This document shows positions 55,997 to 64,000 of a stretch of DNA of 64,000 bases, one piece after another. Each line of letters starts with the position of its first letter. Position 1 is the first letter of the stretch. Below the pieces are notes generated by a model. It ran no database searches, was not told the DNA's origin, and saw only the letters and a list, made by a program, of their open reading frames with translations. Source of the DNA: an uncultured virus (IMG/VR IMGVR_UViG_3300034082_000804) (Duplodnaviria > Heunggongvirae > Uroviricota > Caudoviricetes). The DNA is taken from the IMG/VR virus record IMGVR_UViG_3300034082_000804, positions 1 through 64,000 of that record. One strand, 5' to 3'. A program made the translations under genes and the position numbers.

Positions 55997-56922
55997 TGAA
56001 AAACATCCTAATCATTGGCGGTAATGGTTATGTTGGATCTAGACTAAGGCAAGTATTGGCACAGACCTACACTGTAGAAAGTGTAGACTGTTGCTGGTAC
56101 AACTATGATGAAACGTCTAAGAGAACTGACTACCACAAACTTGATGCTACCTATCTAGGGCAATTTGATGCTGTAGTTTTACTAGCAGGCCACAGTAGTG
56201 TAGCAAGCTGTGTTGGTCCTATTGCTAGTCCGTGGTTAAACAATGTTACTAACTTTACTAACCTAGTGGCTAAACTAAGTTGGAAAGATATTCCGTTGAT
56301 CTATGCTAGTTCAGCTAGTGTATACGGCAACAGCCTACCTGGGCAACTGTTTACTGAAGACAACCGTCAGTTTATTCCTGTGAACAATTATGACATTACC
56401 AAATATACCTTAGACCTAGAAGCCAAAGTTGCCATTGGCAATGGGCAACCTGTAATTGGTCTACGCTTTGGTACAGTCAACGGTTGGGCACCTAACCTAC
56501 GTGCTGATGTAATGATCAATGCTATGTATGATGCGGTTAGAACACAAGGTAAAATCACAGTAACTAATAAACATATCAATCGTGCCTTGCTAGGCATTGA
56601 AGATCTGTGCCGTGGCATTGCTCGGTGTATCGAACAGCCAGTGAGTGGTATCTACAATATGGCCAGTTTCAATGCCACAGTTGACTATATTGCCGCCACT
56701 GTGGCCAATGAACTAGCTGTGCCTGTAGTTGATCGTGGTAAGACTGCTAATGCCTATGACTTTGGCCTAGACACTACATTATTTGAACAAACGTTTGGCT
56801 TTACATTTACTGAAACTCCTAGTACAATAGTTAATAGCCTAAAAGAAAAATATGCGGACGCACACATTGAACGCCGCGATAATTACATGACATATCAATG
56901 GGAAAAAGAATATGATCGATAA
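55996..56922 (+). CDS. NAD-dependent epimerase/dehydratase
   Basis: GGNGYVG, YASSASVYG, YDITK, LRFGTV. Confidence 0.85.
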   Translation: MKNILIIGGNGYVGSRLRQVLAQTYTVESVDCCWYNYDETSKRTDYHKLDATYLGQFDAVVLLAGHSSVASCVGPIASPWLNNVTNFTNLVAKLSWKDIPLIYASSASVYGNSLPGQLFTEDNRQFIPVNNYDITKYTLDLEAKVAIGNGQPVIGLRFGTVNGWAPNLRADVMINAMYDAVRTQGKITVTNKHINRALLGIEDLCRGIARCIEQPVSGIYNMASFNATVDYIAATVANELAVPVVDRGKTANAYDFGLDTTLFEQTFGFTFTETPSTIVNSLKEKYADAHIERRDNYMTYQWEKEYDR

Positions 56923-58126
56923 CGCAAAAGAATTAACCGAGTGCCTGTGCTGTGGAAGCCAGCATTTAGAATTAACTCTAGACCTAGGCATACAGCCAAT
57001 GGCCAATAGTTTTATTAAAACAGAAGAAGAAGCCGAGCTAACATTCCCATTGGTGTTAAATCGTTGTACAGAATGTAGTCATTTACAATTAAGTCATGCT
57101 GTTAATCCAGACCTACTATTCCGCAACTACCTGTATGTAAGCGGTACTAGTCAAACACTTAAAGACTACTTTGATTGGTTTGCTAACTACAGTTTAGGAT
57201 TCTTTAGCGAAAAGCCTAAGTCAGTGTTGGACATTGCCTGTAATGATGGTACACAGTTAGATTCATTTAAAAAGATTGGCTTAACTACCTACGGTGTTGA
57301 CCCAGCAACCAATCTACATCCAATCAGTAGCAAGAATCATGAAGTTATCCTAGATTACTTTACAGCGGCTCACGTAGAAGGATTAAAAGCCAAGAGCATT
57401 GATATTATCAATGCGCAGAACGTATTTGCGCACAACGACTATCCTTTAGACTTTTTACTACAATGTAAAGAAATTATGCATGATAACAGCGTCTTGTTTA
57501 TTCAAACTAGTCAAGCTGACATGGTTAAGAACAATGAGTTTGACACTATCTATCACGAACACCTAAGTTTCTTCTGTGCTAACAGCATGAATGAACTAGC
57601 TCGTCGTGCTGGCTTAAATTTAATTGACATTACTAAAACACCAATCCATGGTAATAGCTATGTGTTTGTGTTTAGTAAACATCCTAGCACAGATGGCAAA
57701 GTTGAACAGGTACTAGCAGAAGAACGTGTCGCAGGGTTACAAACACCGCAAACATACATCGACTATGCTCGCAAAGCTCAACAGGTTGTTGTTGACTTAA
57801 AAGAAGCTATTGCTGAATATCGCAGTCAAGGTTATGTAGTTGCTGGCTATGGTGCGGCTGCCAAAGGTATGACATTACTTAACTTTGGCAACATTGACCT
57901 AGACTTTGTTATTGATGACAATCCGCTCAAACAAAGTTTATTCTGTCCAGGTGTACACACTCCTGTGGTATCAATTGATGTATTAGATGAATGTCAGGAT
58001 CTTAATGTAGCATTTGTTCCTTTAGCATGGAACTTCTTCACAGAGATAAGTACAAAGATCAAAACAAAACGTGATAAACAAGGCGATGTGTTTATCCGTT
58101 ATTTCCCAACTATAAAGGTAGAATAA
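56912..58126 (+). CDS. NDP-sugar C-methyltransferase
   Basis: Zn-binding CLCC/CTEC, DIACNDG, FDTIYHEH, GYGAAAKG, LAWNF. Confidence 0.85.
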   Translation: MIDNAKELTECLCCGSQHLELTLDLGIQPMANSFIKTEEEAELTFPLVLNRCTECSHLQLSHAVNPDLLFRNYLYVSGTSQTLKDYFDWFANYSLGFFSEKPKSVLDIACNDGTQLDSFKKIGLTTYGVDPATNLHPISSKNHEVILDYFTAAHVEGLKAKSIDIINAQNVFAHNDYPLDFLLQCKEIMHDNSVLFIQTSQADMVKNNEFDTIYHEHLSFFCANSMNELARRAGLNLIDITKTPIHGNSYVFVFSKHPSTDGKVEQVLAEERVAGLQTPQTYIDYARKAQQVVVDLKEAIAEYRSQGYVVAGYGAAAKGMTLLNFGNIDLDFVIDDNPLKQSLFCPGVHTPVVSIDVLDECQDLNVAFVPLAWNFFTEISTKIKTKRDKQGDVFIRYFPTIKVE

Positions 58127-58128
58127 GA

Positions 58129-58791
58129 ATGACCGCAGAAGAACTAGTACAGGCACGCATTGAAGCGATTGCCAATAAAGAAATATTAGCCAACAGCCAA
58201 ATGAGTGAATACATTAAACCACTAGCAGAATATGCTAAGGGCTGTGATCACATCACCGAGATGGGTGTGGCAATTGTCTGTAGTACATGGGCATGGCTAA
58301 GTGCTAAACCTAAACGACTAGTAAGTGTAGACATTGATCACTTATGTCCAGTAGACGAAGTGCGTGGTGTAGCCAAAGACCTAGGCATTGACTTTGAGTT
58401 TGTTGCTGGTGATACCAATCATGGTGTTACAGCAGAGTTAAACAAACATTGCCCATGGCTAAACAACGAAGAACATCGCGGTGAATGGAATGCTGGTAAA
58501 CCAATTCCTTACTACAACTGCGAGCCCACTGATTTACTGTTCATCGACACTTACCATCACTATGCTAGCCTAGCACGTGAGTTTGAACTACACGCACCCA
58601 AGGCTAAGAAATACATCATTCTACATGACACAGTAACATTTGGTCGTCGTGGTGAAGGTGATGACCATAAAGGTCTAATGGCTGCTGTTGAAGAATTCTT
58701 AGCGGCTAACCCACAGTGGGCCACTGAAAAGGTATATGAGTCAGCACCTGGCTTGTATATTATGAAACGTGTAGGACCAGATCCAGTTTAA
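58129..58791 (+). CDS. Putative methyltransferase
   Basis: ITEMGV, DLLFIDTYH, ILHDT. Confidence 0.65.
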   Translation: MTAEELVQARIEAIANKEILANSQMSEYIKPLAEYAKGCDHITEMGVAIVCSTWAWLSAKPKRLVSVDIDHLCPVDEVRGVAKDLGIDFEFVAGDTNHGVTAELNKHCPWLNNEEHRGEWNAGKPIPYYNCEPTDLLFIDTYHHYASLAREFELHAPKAKKYIILHDTVTFGRRGEGDDHKGLMAAVEEFLAANPQWATEKVYESAPGLYIMKRVGPDPV

Positions 58792-58792
58792 C

Positions 58793-59542
58793 ATGAAGAA
58801 AACAATTCTTTGTCATTTCTATAATGAAGAGTACATGCTACCATGGTTTTTAAATCACCACAAGGAGATTTTTGATCATGGTATTATGATTGATTATCAC
58901 AGCACTGATCGTAGTCGCGAGATAATTAAAGAAATATGTCCAACGTGGGACATTGTAACTAGTCGTAATCCAAACTTCCAAGCAGACACAATTGACTACG
59001 AAGTTATGGACATTGAGCAGTCAATCGAAGGGTGGCGCATTTGTCTTAATGTAACAGAACTATTGATTGGAGATTATTCAATCTTAGACGAACAGCCAGG
59101 GCAACACTTACTACCTAGCGTCTTTTTTGTAGATTGTGACAGAACAAGACCAGTTAGCCAAGATAGGCCTTTATACGAGCAAAAGACAGATGGCTTCTCC
59201 TTTGACCAATATTTCCGTGAACGCCGGGCTCGTAGCATTCATAATGTTCCTGTACAGTATCCTGTACCAGGCAGACACTATGAAAATTATACCACGGACA
59301 AGTTGGTTGTATTCTATTACGGATGGTGCCCGTTTAATGATCTAGCACTAGCACGTAAGCTACAGATACAAACACAGATACCGTTAGTGGATCGTCAACG
59401 TAATTGGGGCTTCCACCATATTACCAATAAAGAAACACTTGAATATCGATTAGAAAATGAGTTTATGCCTAGGTGTAGAGACTTATCAGAGGAAATCAAA
59501 CAGTATGTCAATAAGCACAAAGATCTTTCAAATATACTTTAA
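58793..59542 (+). CDS. GT2-like glycosyltransferase
   Basis: YNEEYMLPWFLNHH, IDYHSTD. Confidence 0.65.
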   Translation: MKKTILCHFYNEEYMLPWFLNHHKEIFDHGIMIDYHSTDRSREIIKEICPTWDIVTSRNPNFQADTIDYEVMDIEQSIEGWRICLNVTELLIGDYSILDEQPGQHLLPSVFFVDCDRTRPVSQDRPLYEQKTDGFSFDQYFRERRARSIHNVPVQYPVPGRHYENYTTDKLVVFYYGWCPFNDLALARKLQIQTQIPLVDRQRNWGFHHITNKETLEYRLENEFMPRCRDLSEEIKQYVNKHKDLSNIL

Positions 59543-60338
59543 GCCAGAGCTAGAGCAACATTGTGATCCGTTGTTTACTCCGTTGGATAACACTAGTAAT
59601 CCGCGACCAGAACTACGTGAGTGGGATGTCTGGGATAGAGAACATGATCGTATCCTAGCTGAAAACTTGGACCATTGGGGTTACGTCAGCTGGAAGTTTA
59701 AAGATAAAACAAACTTGACAGCGCAACAGGCCTTGGCACACATCACAGCCAATCCGGGGTTTGATGTTTATCTGTTTAACCCCTGTATCTTAAATGAAGC
59801 AGTATTTGCCAACAGTTGGGAACAAGGTGACATACATCATCCGGGTATTAGTGATATTGGTAATATGTTTTTTGCTAAACTAGGCTACGAAGATGTTGAT
59901 GTTAAAAGTATTTTATTAGATCGTACTCGTACAGTGTTTGCTAACTACGTAGTTGGTAATCGTAAATTTTGGACAGAGTTTATGGATTTTAGCCGCCAGC
60001 TGTTTACAGAAGGTGCCAAGGATCCACAGTTCCGACATTTGGTATTTGGCGAGGGATTGAGTAACTATGCTCACGACAAGAGTCTACCAAACTTTACATT
60101 CTTAATTGAAAGATTAATTCCTACATTCTTAGAATTAGGTGAATATAGTGTTTGTCCATACACATATACACACGATACAATACCGGCCAAATATGAACCA
60201 TATTTTGCTGATATTATGGCACTTTCGGACCTGAAATCGTCAGTAAATGCCTATGAAAGTGATGTTTTATTTAACATCTGGAACCACTATAGAGCTAAGT
60301 TCTTAAATGATAATCCAGGTATTTTAGGTTTAGAGTAG
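59505..60338 (+). CDS. Hypothetical protein, glycan-related
   Basis: KIFQIY, FLIERL; start at ATG 59505 after GAGGA. Confidence 0.55.
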   Translation: MSISTKIFQIYFKPELEQHCDPLFTPLDNTSNPRPELREWDVWDREHDRILAENLDHWGYVSWKFKDKTNLTAQQALAHITANPGFDVYLFNPCILNEAVFANSWEQGDIHHPGISDIGNMFFAKLGYEDVDVKSILLDRTRTVFANYVVGNRKFWTEFMDFSRQLFTEGAKDPQFRHLVFGEGLSNYAHDKSLPNFTFLIERLIPTFLELGEYSVCPYTYTHDTIPAKYEPYFADIMALSDLKSSVNAYESDVLFNIWNHYRAKFLNDNPGILGLE

Positions 60339-60418
60339 TTATCCCGATCGACTCCAAGTTTTATACGTAGTAAAAGTCAGTTTAACTGGCATACATATAA
60401 TACGTTCGGAGGGATTGC

Positions 60419-60643
60419 ATGACAAAATCTAACGTGACAGTAGTACCATTAGTAAGTAGTGGTGGCGGGCTTGGATATTATTGCGCAGGAAGACATTGCG
60501 CAGTACGAGATAAATGCCACAGACACACATCAGGTATCACACAGCCCAATGCTGTATTTGACGATTATGATATCTTGATGTTATCAGAAGGGAGTTGTAG
60601 ATTTTTCGTCAATGTCAAAGAAGCAAATCGCGTAAGCGATTAG
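60419..60643 (+). CDS. Small Cys-rich hypothetical protein
   Basis: YCAGRHCAVRDKCHRH...C; GGAGG SD. Confidence 0.6.
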   Translation: MTKSNVTVVPLVSSGGGLGYYCAGRHCAVRDKCHRHTSGITQPNAVFDDYDILMLSEGSCRFFVNVKEANRVSD

Positions 60644-60689
60644 CCTATCGGTAGTAAAATCAAACGTTAAAAACCAAGGAGGTTTATGT

Positions 60690-61208
60690 ATGAGAGTTAT
60701 CTCAAAAGTAATAACCTGGGCAATAATGTCCTTATGTGTAATATCAAGTAGTATAGCGCAGGCGAATGACAAAACAAAAGAAAGCCAGCAGGTTATGTGC
60801 CTAGCACAGAATATCTATTATGAAGCTGGACTAGAATCATTTCAAGGAAAGGTTGCTGTGGCACAGGTTACAATCAACCGCGCTGAAAGTAGGAACTTTC
60901 CCAAAACTATCTGTGGAGTTGTACATCAACGCACAGAGATCGCAGGTCGCATGATCTGTCAATTTAGCTGGACATGTAACCCAGTGAGTAAGATTAAGTA
61001 TGTAAGTGATAGCTGGCAGGATAGTTTGCTAGTGGCACGTGCTACACTACATCATAATCTAAAACTAGATCAACTCGATGACGCATTGTATTTTCACAAT
61101 ACACATGTTAATCCAAATTGGGGTCTAGAGCGTGTTGCCCGTATAGGTGGCCACATTTTCTACAGTAACGACCCTGCTCCAAGAAAAAATAAATCAAAAA
61201 ACAGTTGA
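60690..61208 (+). CDS. SleB-like cell wall hydrolase
   Basis: CLAQNIYYEA, AVAQVTINR, FPKTICGVV, QFSW, IGGHIFY. Confidence 0.9.
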   Translation: MRVISKVITWAIMSLCVISSSIAQANDKTKESQQVMCLAQNIYYEAGLESFQGKVAVAQVTINRAESRNFPKTICGVVHQRTEIAGRMICQFSWTCNPVSKIKYVSDSWQDSLLVARATLHHNLKLDQLDDALYFHNTHVNPNWGLERVARIGGHIFYSNDPAPRKNKSKNS

Positions 61209-61233
61209 CAATCTCGTTGCGTGGCTATATAAT
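61205..61233 (+). promoter_or_regulatory. Sigma70 promoter
   Basis: TTGACA-17-TATAAT; ATG 6 nt downstream. Confidence 0.85.
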
Positions 61234-61239
61234 TACACT

Positions 61240-61455
61240 ATGAAACTAATTTATATAGCCACAGCAATGACACAAAACGGTGATAGCATACAAGAGAATG
61301 CCTACACTAATGCCGAACAAGCACTAGTACAAGCAACTTTAATGTGTGAAGACATCAACCGTAATACAGACCTTAACGCACAACCAGACGTAGTTCCGAT
61401 GGAATTATTTGAAGATGGTGATGTAGTATCGGATACTATTTCAACTGATGAGTAA
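61240..61455 (+). CDS. Hypothetical protein
   Basis: Start moved to ATG 61240, behind the promoter. Confidence 0.6.
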   Translation: MKLIYIATAMTQNGDSIQENAYTNAEQALVQATLMCEDINRNTDLNAQPDVVPMELFEDGDVVSDTISTDE

Positions 61456-61777
61456 TTTCGAAGACTCAAACTGGGGTCGGCACGGTAATCCAAATCCTGA
61501 ATGGTGGTATCGTTACCCACGAGGTAGACGCGACCTACCATCAATATTCAGTCAAGATCCAGTAGATCCTACCTGGGACTTCTTAGACGGATTTGTAGAC
61601 GACACACCCAAAGTTAGCCTGTTTACTATTGTGCTGATCCTAGTGGTTATTCTACTAGCATCTGGACTTAGTATCACTGTTCGTGAACTGCTATATCAAG
61701 GCTTTGACTTTGCTCAAATTTGGTACAGCGGCGTAGATAGTATGCTAGACACATTCAATGTTCCAAAAGCGCCGTAA
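61448..61777 (+). CDS. Hypothetical membrane protein
   Basis: Hydrophobic segment LFTIVLILVVILLASGL. Confidence 0.6.
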   Translation: MSNFEDSNWGRHGNPNPEWWYRYPRGRRDLPSIFSQDPVDPTWDFLDGFVDDTPKVSLFTIVLILVVILLASGLSITVRELLYQGFDFAQIWYSGVDSMLDTFNVPKAP

Positions 61778-61830
61778 CCGATAAATATTGTTTTAAGCGA
61801 CACAATCGCAAACTTTAGAAAGGGCACAAA

Positions 61831-61977
61831 ATGTCAATAACTACAGAAGTAAAATTACCAAAAGAATCACTAGTTGAATCCAATTTACCAACCGGTACGG
61901 AAATTCCAAATGTCTGCCAGCCAGGCGATAAAGAATGTATAGCACGATTAGTACAGGCATTTTCAGACTGCGATTAA
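61831..61977 (+). CDS. Hypothetical protein (48 aa)
   Basis: MSITTEVKLP...CQPGDKECIARLVQAFSDCD*; AAGGG SD; late motif at 61782. Confidence 0.55.
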   Translation: MSITTEVKLPKESLVESNLPTGTEIPNVCQPGDKECIARLVQAFSDCD

Positions 61978-61984
61978 ATAACGG

Positions 61985-62013
61985 TTGACAACCCAACCAA
62001 AATAGCGTATAAT
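61985..62013 (+). promoter_or_regulatory. Sigma70 promoter (type A)
   Basis: TTGACA-17-TATAAT. Confidence 0.85.
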
Positions 62014-62045
62014 AGCACTTGTTTAGTTAATAAGGAGTGCGAATT

Positions 62046-62246
62046 ATGGGCTATGTAGTTTTTCAAAACGGCAAAGAATATGGCGCTCGTAAAGGCCTAG
62101 AAGGTCCATTCCATTATCCTAACGGTCGTGTATTGTACTACGATGCTCAAGCAGGCGAGTACTATGATCCTACAACAGACTTCTACGTACCCAGCGATGA
62201 AGTAGCAGAACTCCAGCAATCAGTTTTTACTCAATTAGCACAATAG
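62046..62246 (+). CDS. Hypothetical protein
   Basis: GLEGPFHYPNGRVLYYD; TAAGGAG SD. Confidence 0.7.
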   Translation: MGYVVFQNGKEYGARKGLEGPFHYPNGRVLYYDAQAGEYYDPTTDFYVPSDEVAELQQSVFTQLAQ

Positions 62247-62255
62247 GAGCACGAC

Positions 62256-62429
62256 ATGGCAGGCAAAGCAACTTCGGTATATCTTACAGTATCAATTAAA
62301 GAAACACACAAAACAGCTTTTCATAAACAATTCTTCAACATGACTGGTCTTAATCAGTATGTTGCTACAGATGAGTTTAAGGAAAAATACCCAACTACTG
62401 AATTTTACGTTACGAAAGAAACATACTAA
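62256..62429 (+). CDS. Hypothetical protein (57 aa)
   Basis: MAGKATSVYLTV...VTKETY*; AGGAG SD; not in the track. Confidence 0.7.
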   Translation: MAGKATSVYLTVSIKETHKTAFHKQFFNMTGLNQYVATDEFKEKYPTTEFYVTKETY

Positions 62430-62656
62430 TGGCCATAGAGGTCATACGTGAAGTAACAGAATGGGTAGTTGATTTCCGACAGCCAAATCATACATATTTG
62501 ATGGACGGTGAAAAGGTTATTGGCTACCAACAATGGCACGAAGGCCCGCCAATCTACTTTGCCCGCAAGGGCAAGTTTGATAAAGCCAGACGTAAATTCA
62601 TCAAAATTCCCCTGAAAGAAAGTGTGTTTAAAACGGTTGACATTTTGGTTAAATGA
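62429..62656 (+). CDS. Hypothetical protein
   Basis: EVTEW...QPNHTYL; start overlaps the upstream stop. Confidence 0.65.
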   Translation: MAIEVIREVTEWVVDFRQPNHTYLMDGEKVIGYQQWHEGPPIYFARKGKFDKARRKFIKIPLKESVFKTVDILVK

Positions 62657-62693
62657 CTGTATAATGCTATACATACACTAACAACACGGAGCA
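62635..62693 (+). repeat. Promoter plus leader cassette (type B), copy 1
   Basis: TTGACA-17-TATAAT, then GCTATACATACACTAACAACAC-GGAGCA. Confidence 0.85.
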
Positions 62694-62697
62694 ACTA

Positions 62698-62985
62698 ATG
62701 AAAAATCTAGCACAATACATTGAACAGAAAAATGCTTGGGCACGTATTTTCAATAATGTGATCTATGATGTTAATAACTTATCAGAACGTGATTGTCAAA
62801 ATTTGTATGATAGTTTAGACAACGATCTAAGCCCAGAGAACTTAACCTGCGACGGTGAACGTAGCGGTGGACAAGTTCGTCAATTCGCACGTTTTTACAA
62901 TGCGGCAGCAAAAGAGTTAGTTACAATTATTCGTGCTAACAACTACACAATTCCATACTCAGATTTCCGCGAACTTAGTTACTAA
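62698..62985 (+). CDS. Hypothetical protein
   Basis: LSPENLTCDGE motif; SD. Confidence 0.7.
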   Translation: MKNLAQYIEQKNAWARIFNNVIYDVNNLSERDCQNLYDSLDNDLSPENLTCDGERSGGQVRQFARFYNAAAKELVTIIRANNYTIPYSDFRELSY

Positions 62986-62990
62986 ATCGG

Positions 62991-63019
62991 TTGACAACCT
63001 ACCCAAATGATAGTATAAT
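62991..63019 (+). promoter_or_regulatory. Sigma70 promoter (type A) with no downstream ORF
   Basis: TTGACA-17-TATAAT. Confidence 0.85.
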
Positions 63020-63024
63020 AGCAT

Positions 63025-63135
63025 TTGACAGTTAGGAAACGATTTCAAAGTTTTAGGGTGTTGTTACATTTTAATTTTATTAACGTTACTACTAAGGGTT
63101 GTTCCGGTCGTAACAACATCCTAAATTCCCTTAAA
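63025..63135 (+). ncRNA. Candidate small RNA
   Basis: Own promoter, no + strand ORF, 16-bp stem 63052-63067/63110-63125. Confidence 0.5.
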
Positions 63136-63139
63136 TAAT

Positions 63140-63199
63140 GGTTGACTTTTGGTTAAATTGACTGTATAATGCTATACATACACTAACAACACAGGAGCA
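63140..63199 (+). repeat. Promoter plus leader cassette (type B), copy 2
   Basis: TTGACT-17-TATAAT, then GCTATACATACACTAACAACACAGGAGCA. Confidence 0.85.
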
Positions 63200-63202
63200 C
63201 AA

Positions 63203-63524
63203 AATGGACTTTCAAGCTATTCACAACGAAGCACAAACAGCAGCAACTAACGCTCAAAACGCATTTCTTAAACAACACGGCGAAATAGCCTACTGTGGTT
63301 TTGCCTGGGTTAATGTGTACGTAGATCGTACTAACTCAACAGAAGCTAAAGGCTTACTTGCTGTTGGTTTTAAGAAAGATTATCGTCCTAAATGTTTAAA
63401 CATGTGGAGTCCAGGTAACTACCATGGTCAAAGCATGGATGTGTTAGAAGAAGGTGCTCGTGCTTACGCAGACGTACTTACTAAACACGGGTTCCGTGCT
63501 TATGCTGGTTCACGTGCTGACTAA
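63203..63524 (+). CDS. Hypothetical protein
   Basis: CGFAWV...QSMDVLEEGARAYA; track gives 63204-63524. Confidence 0.7.
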
Positions 63525-63531
63525 AAAGTAC

Positions 63532-63560
63532 TTGACAAACACCCAAAGAGGTGTTATAAT
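63532..63560 (+). promoter_or_regulatory. Sigma70 promoter
   Basis: TTGACA-17-TATAAT. Confidence 0.85.
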
Positions 63561-63623
63561 ACTACAATAATAAGAAAGCGACAAACGCTTCGATTATAAA
63601 ACGAAAACTAAGGAGCATAGACA

Positions 63624-64000
63624 ATGACAGGTTTTGTTAAAATTAAAAATGGTACTTATCGTAATCAAGCGATTACAGATGAAGTATTTCCTCTAGTAAA
63701 ACAATTTCAATTAGGTAGCAAAGGTGGTTTTATCACTGTAGACGGCACTGGTCGTTTTGGCAAGGATAAAATACGTGTTACTATCTCTAGTCCTACAGAG
63801 TACGAACTAGTAGACGCAACAGAATACACAGGCGAAGTAGCTACAGCAGGTGTAGACACACATAGCAAGCAAACAGACGAAGAACGTATTGCTGAAATTG
63901 GCTTACGTTTTGAAATGCTAGACGAAATGACCAAAGCAGTATTGAACGGTGACATTCGTGCTATGATTGTAAGTGGCCCTCCGGGTGTTGGTAAAAGTTA
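63624..64000 (+). CDS. P-loop (AAA-like) ATPase, runs off the window end
   Basis: MTGFVKIKNG...AMIVSGPPGVGKS; TAAGGAG SD. Confidence 0.75.
   Translation, partial: MTGFVKIKNGTYRNQAITDEVFPLVKQFQLGSKGGFITVDGTGRFGKDKIRVTISSPTEYELVDATEYTGEVATAGVDTHSKQTDEERIAEIGLRFEMLDEMTKAVLNGDIRAMIVSGPPGVGKS

Noticed and set aside
2135..63955. The many minus-strand and nested ORFs in the track, including those over tRNAs (33448, 35422, 35429, 37362, 37534)
   Set aside because: They are shadows of + strand genes or tRNAs with no motifs or expression signals. Only 1-881 and 4254-4604 are supported on the minus strand.
1..64000. Stop-codon reassignment, as in some large phages
   Set aside because: Core genes are full length in the standard code, all three stops end genes, and there is no suppressor tRNA.

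Overview
This is 64 kb of a large T4-like (myovirus-type) bacteriophage genome, almost all on the + strand, with the standard genetic code. Left to right it holds: (1) virion morphogenesis genes (gp14/gp13-like neck proteins, dNMP kinase, tail sheath and tube, head completion, putative internal head proteins, large terminase); (2) replication/recombination genes (gp32, uvsX, uvsY) interleaved with radical-SAM and methyltransferase genes; (3) an HNH endonuclease inserted into a cytidylyltransferase gene start; (4) a putative nuclease/DNA methyltransferase pair; (5) an array of 26 tRNAs covering all 20 amino acids, interleaved with several unannotated structured RNAs; (6) a long accessory metabolic region (ahcY, desaturase, TauD, two porins, a Pho-boxed phosphate operon, nucleotide-sugar enzymes); and (7) an early region of small ORFs behind repeated sigma70 promoters. 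The most striking unexplained element is at 32687-32889, just upstream of the tRNA array. A 43-codon leader ORF contains all 20 amino acids by codon 35 and codons for 24 of the 25 elongator tRNAs in the array. Its last codons form a long antiterminator hairpin that competes with an intrinsic terminator, so it looks like a pan-codon translational attenuator of phage tRNA supply. All product calls come from motif recognition by eye; no database searches or folding programs were run.
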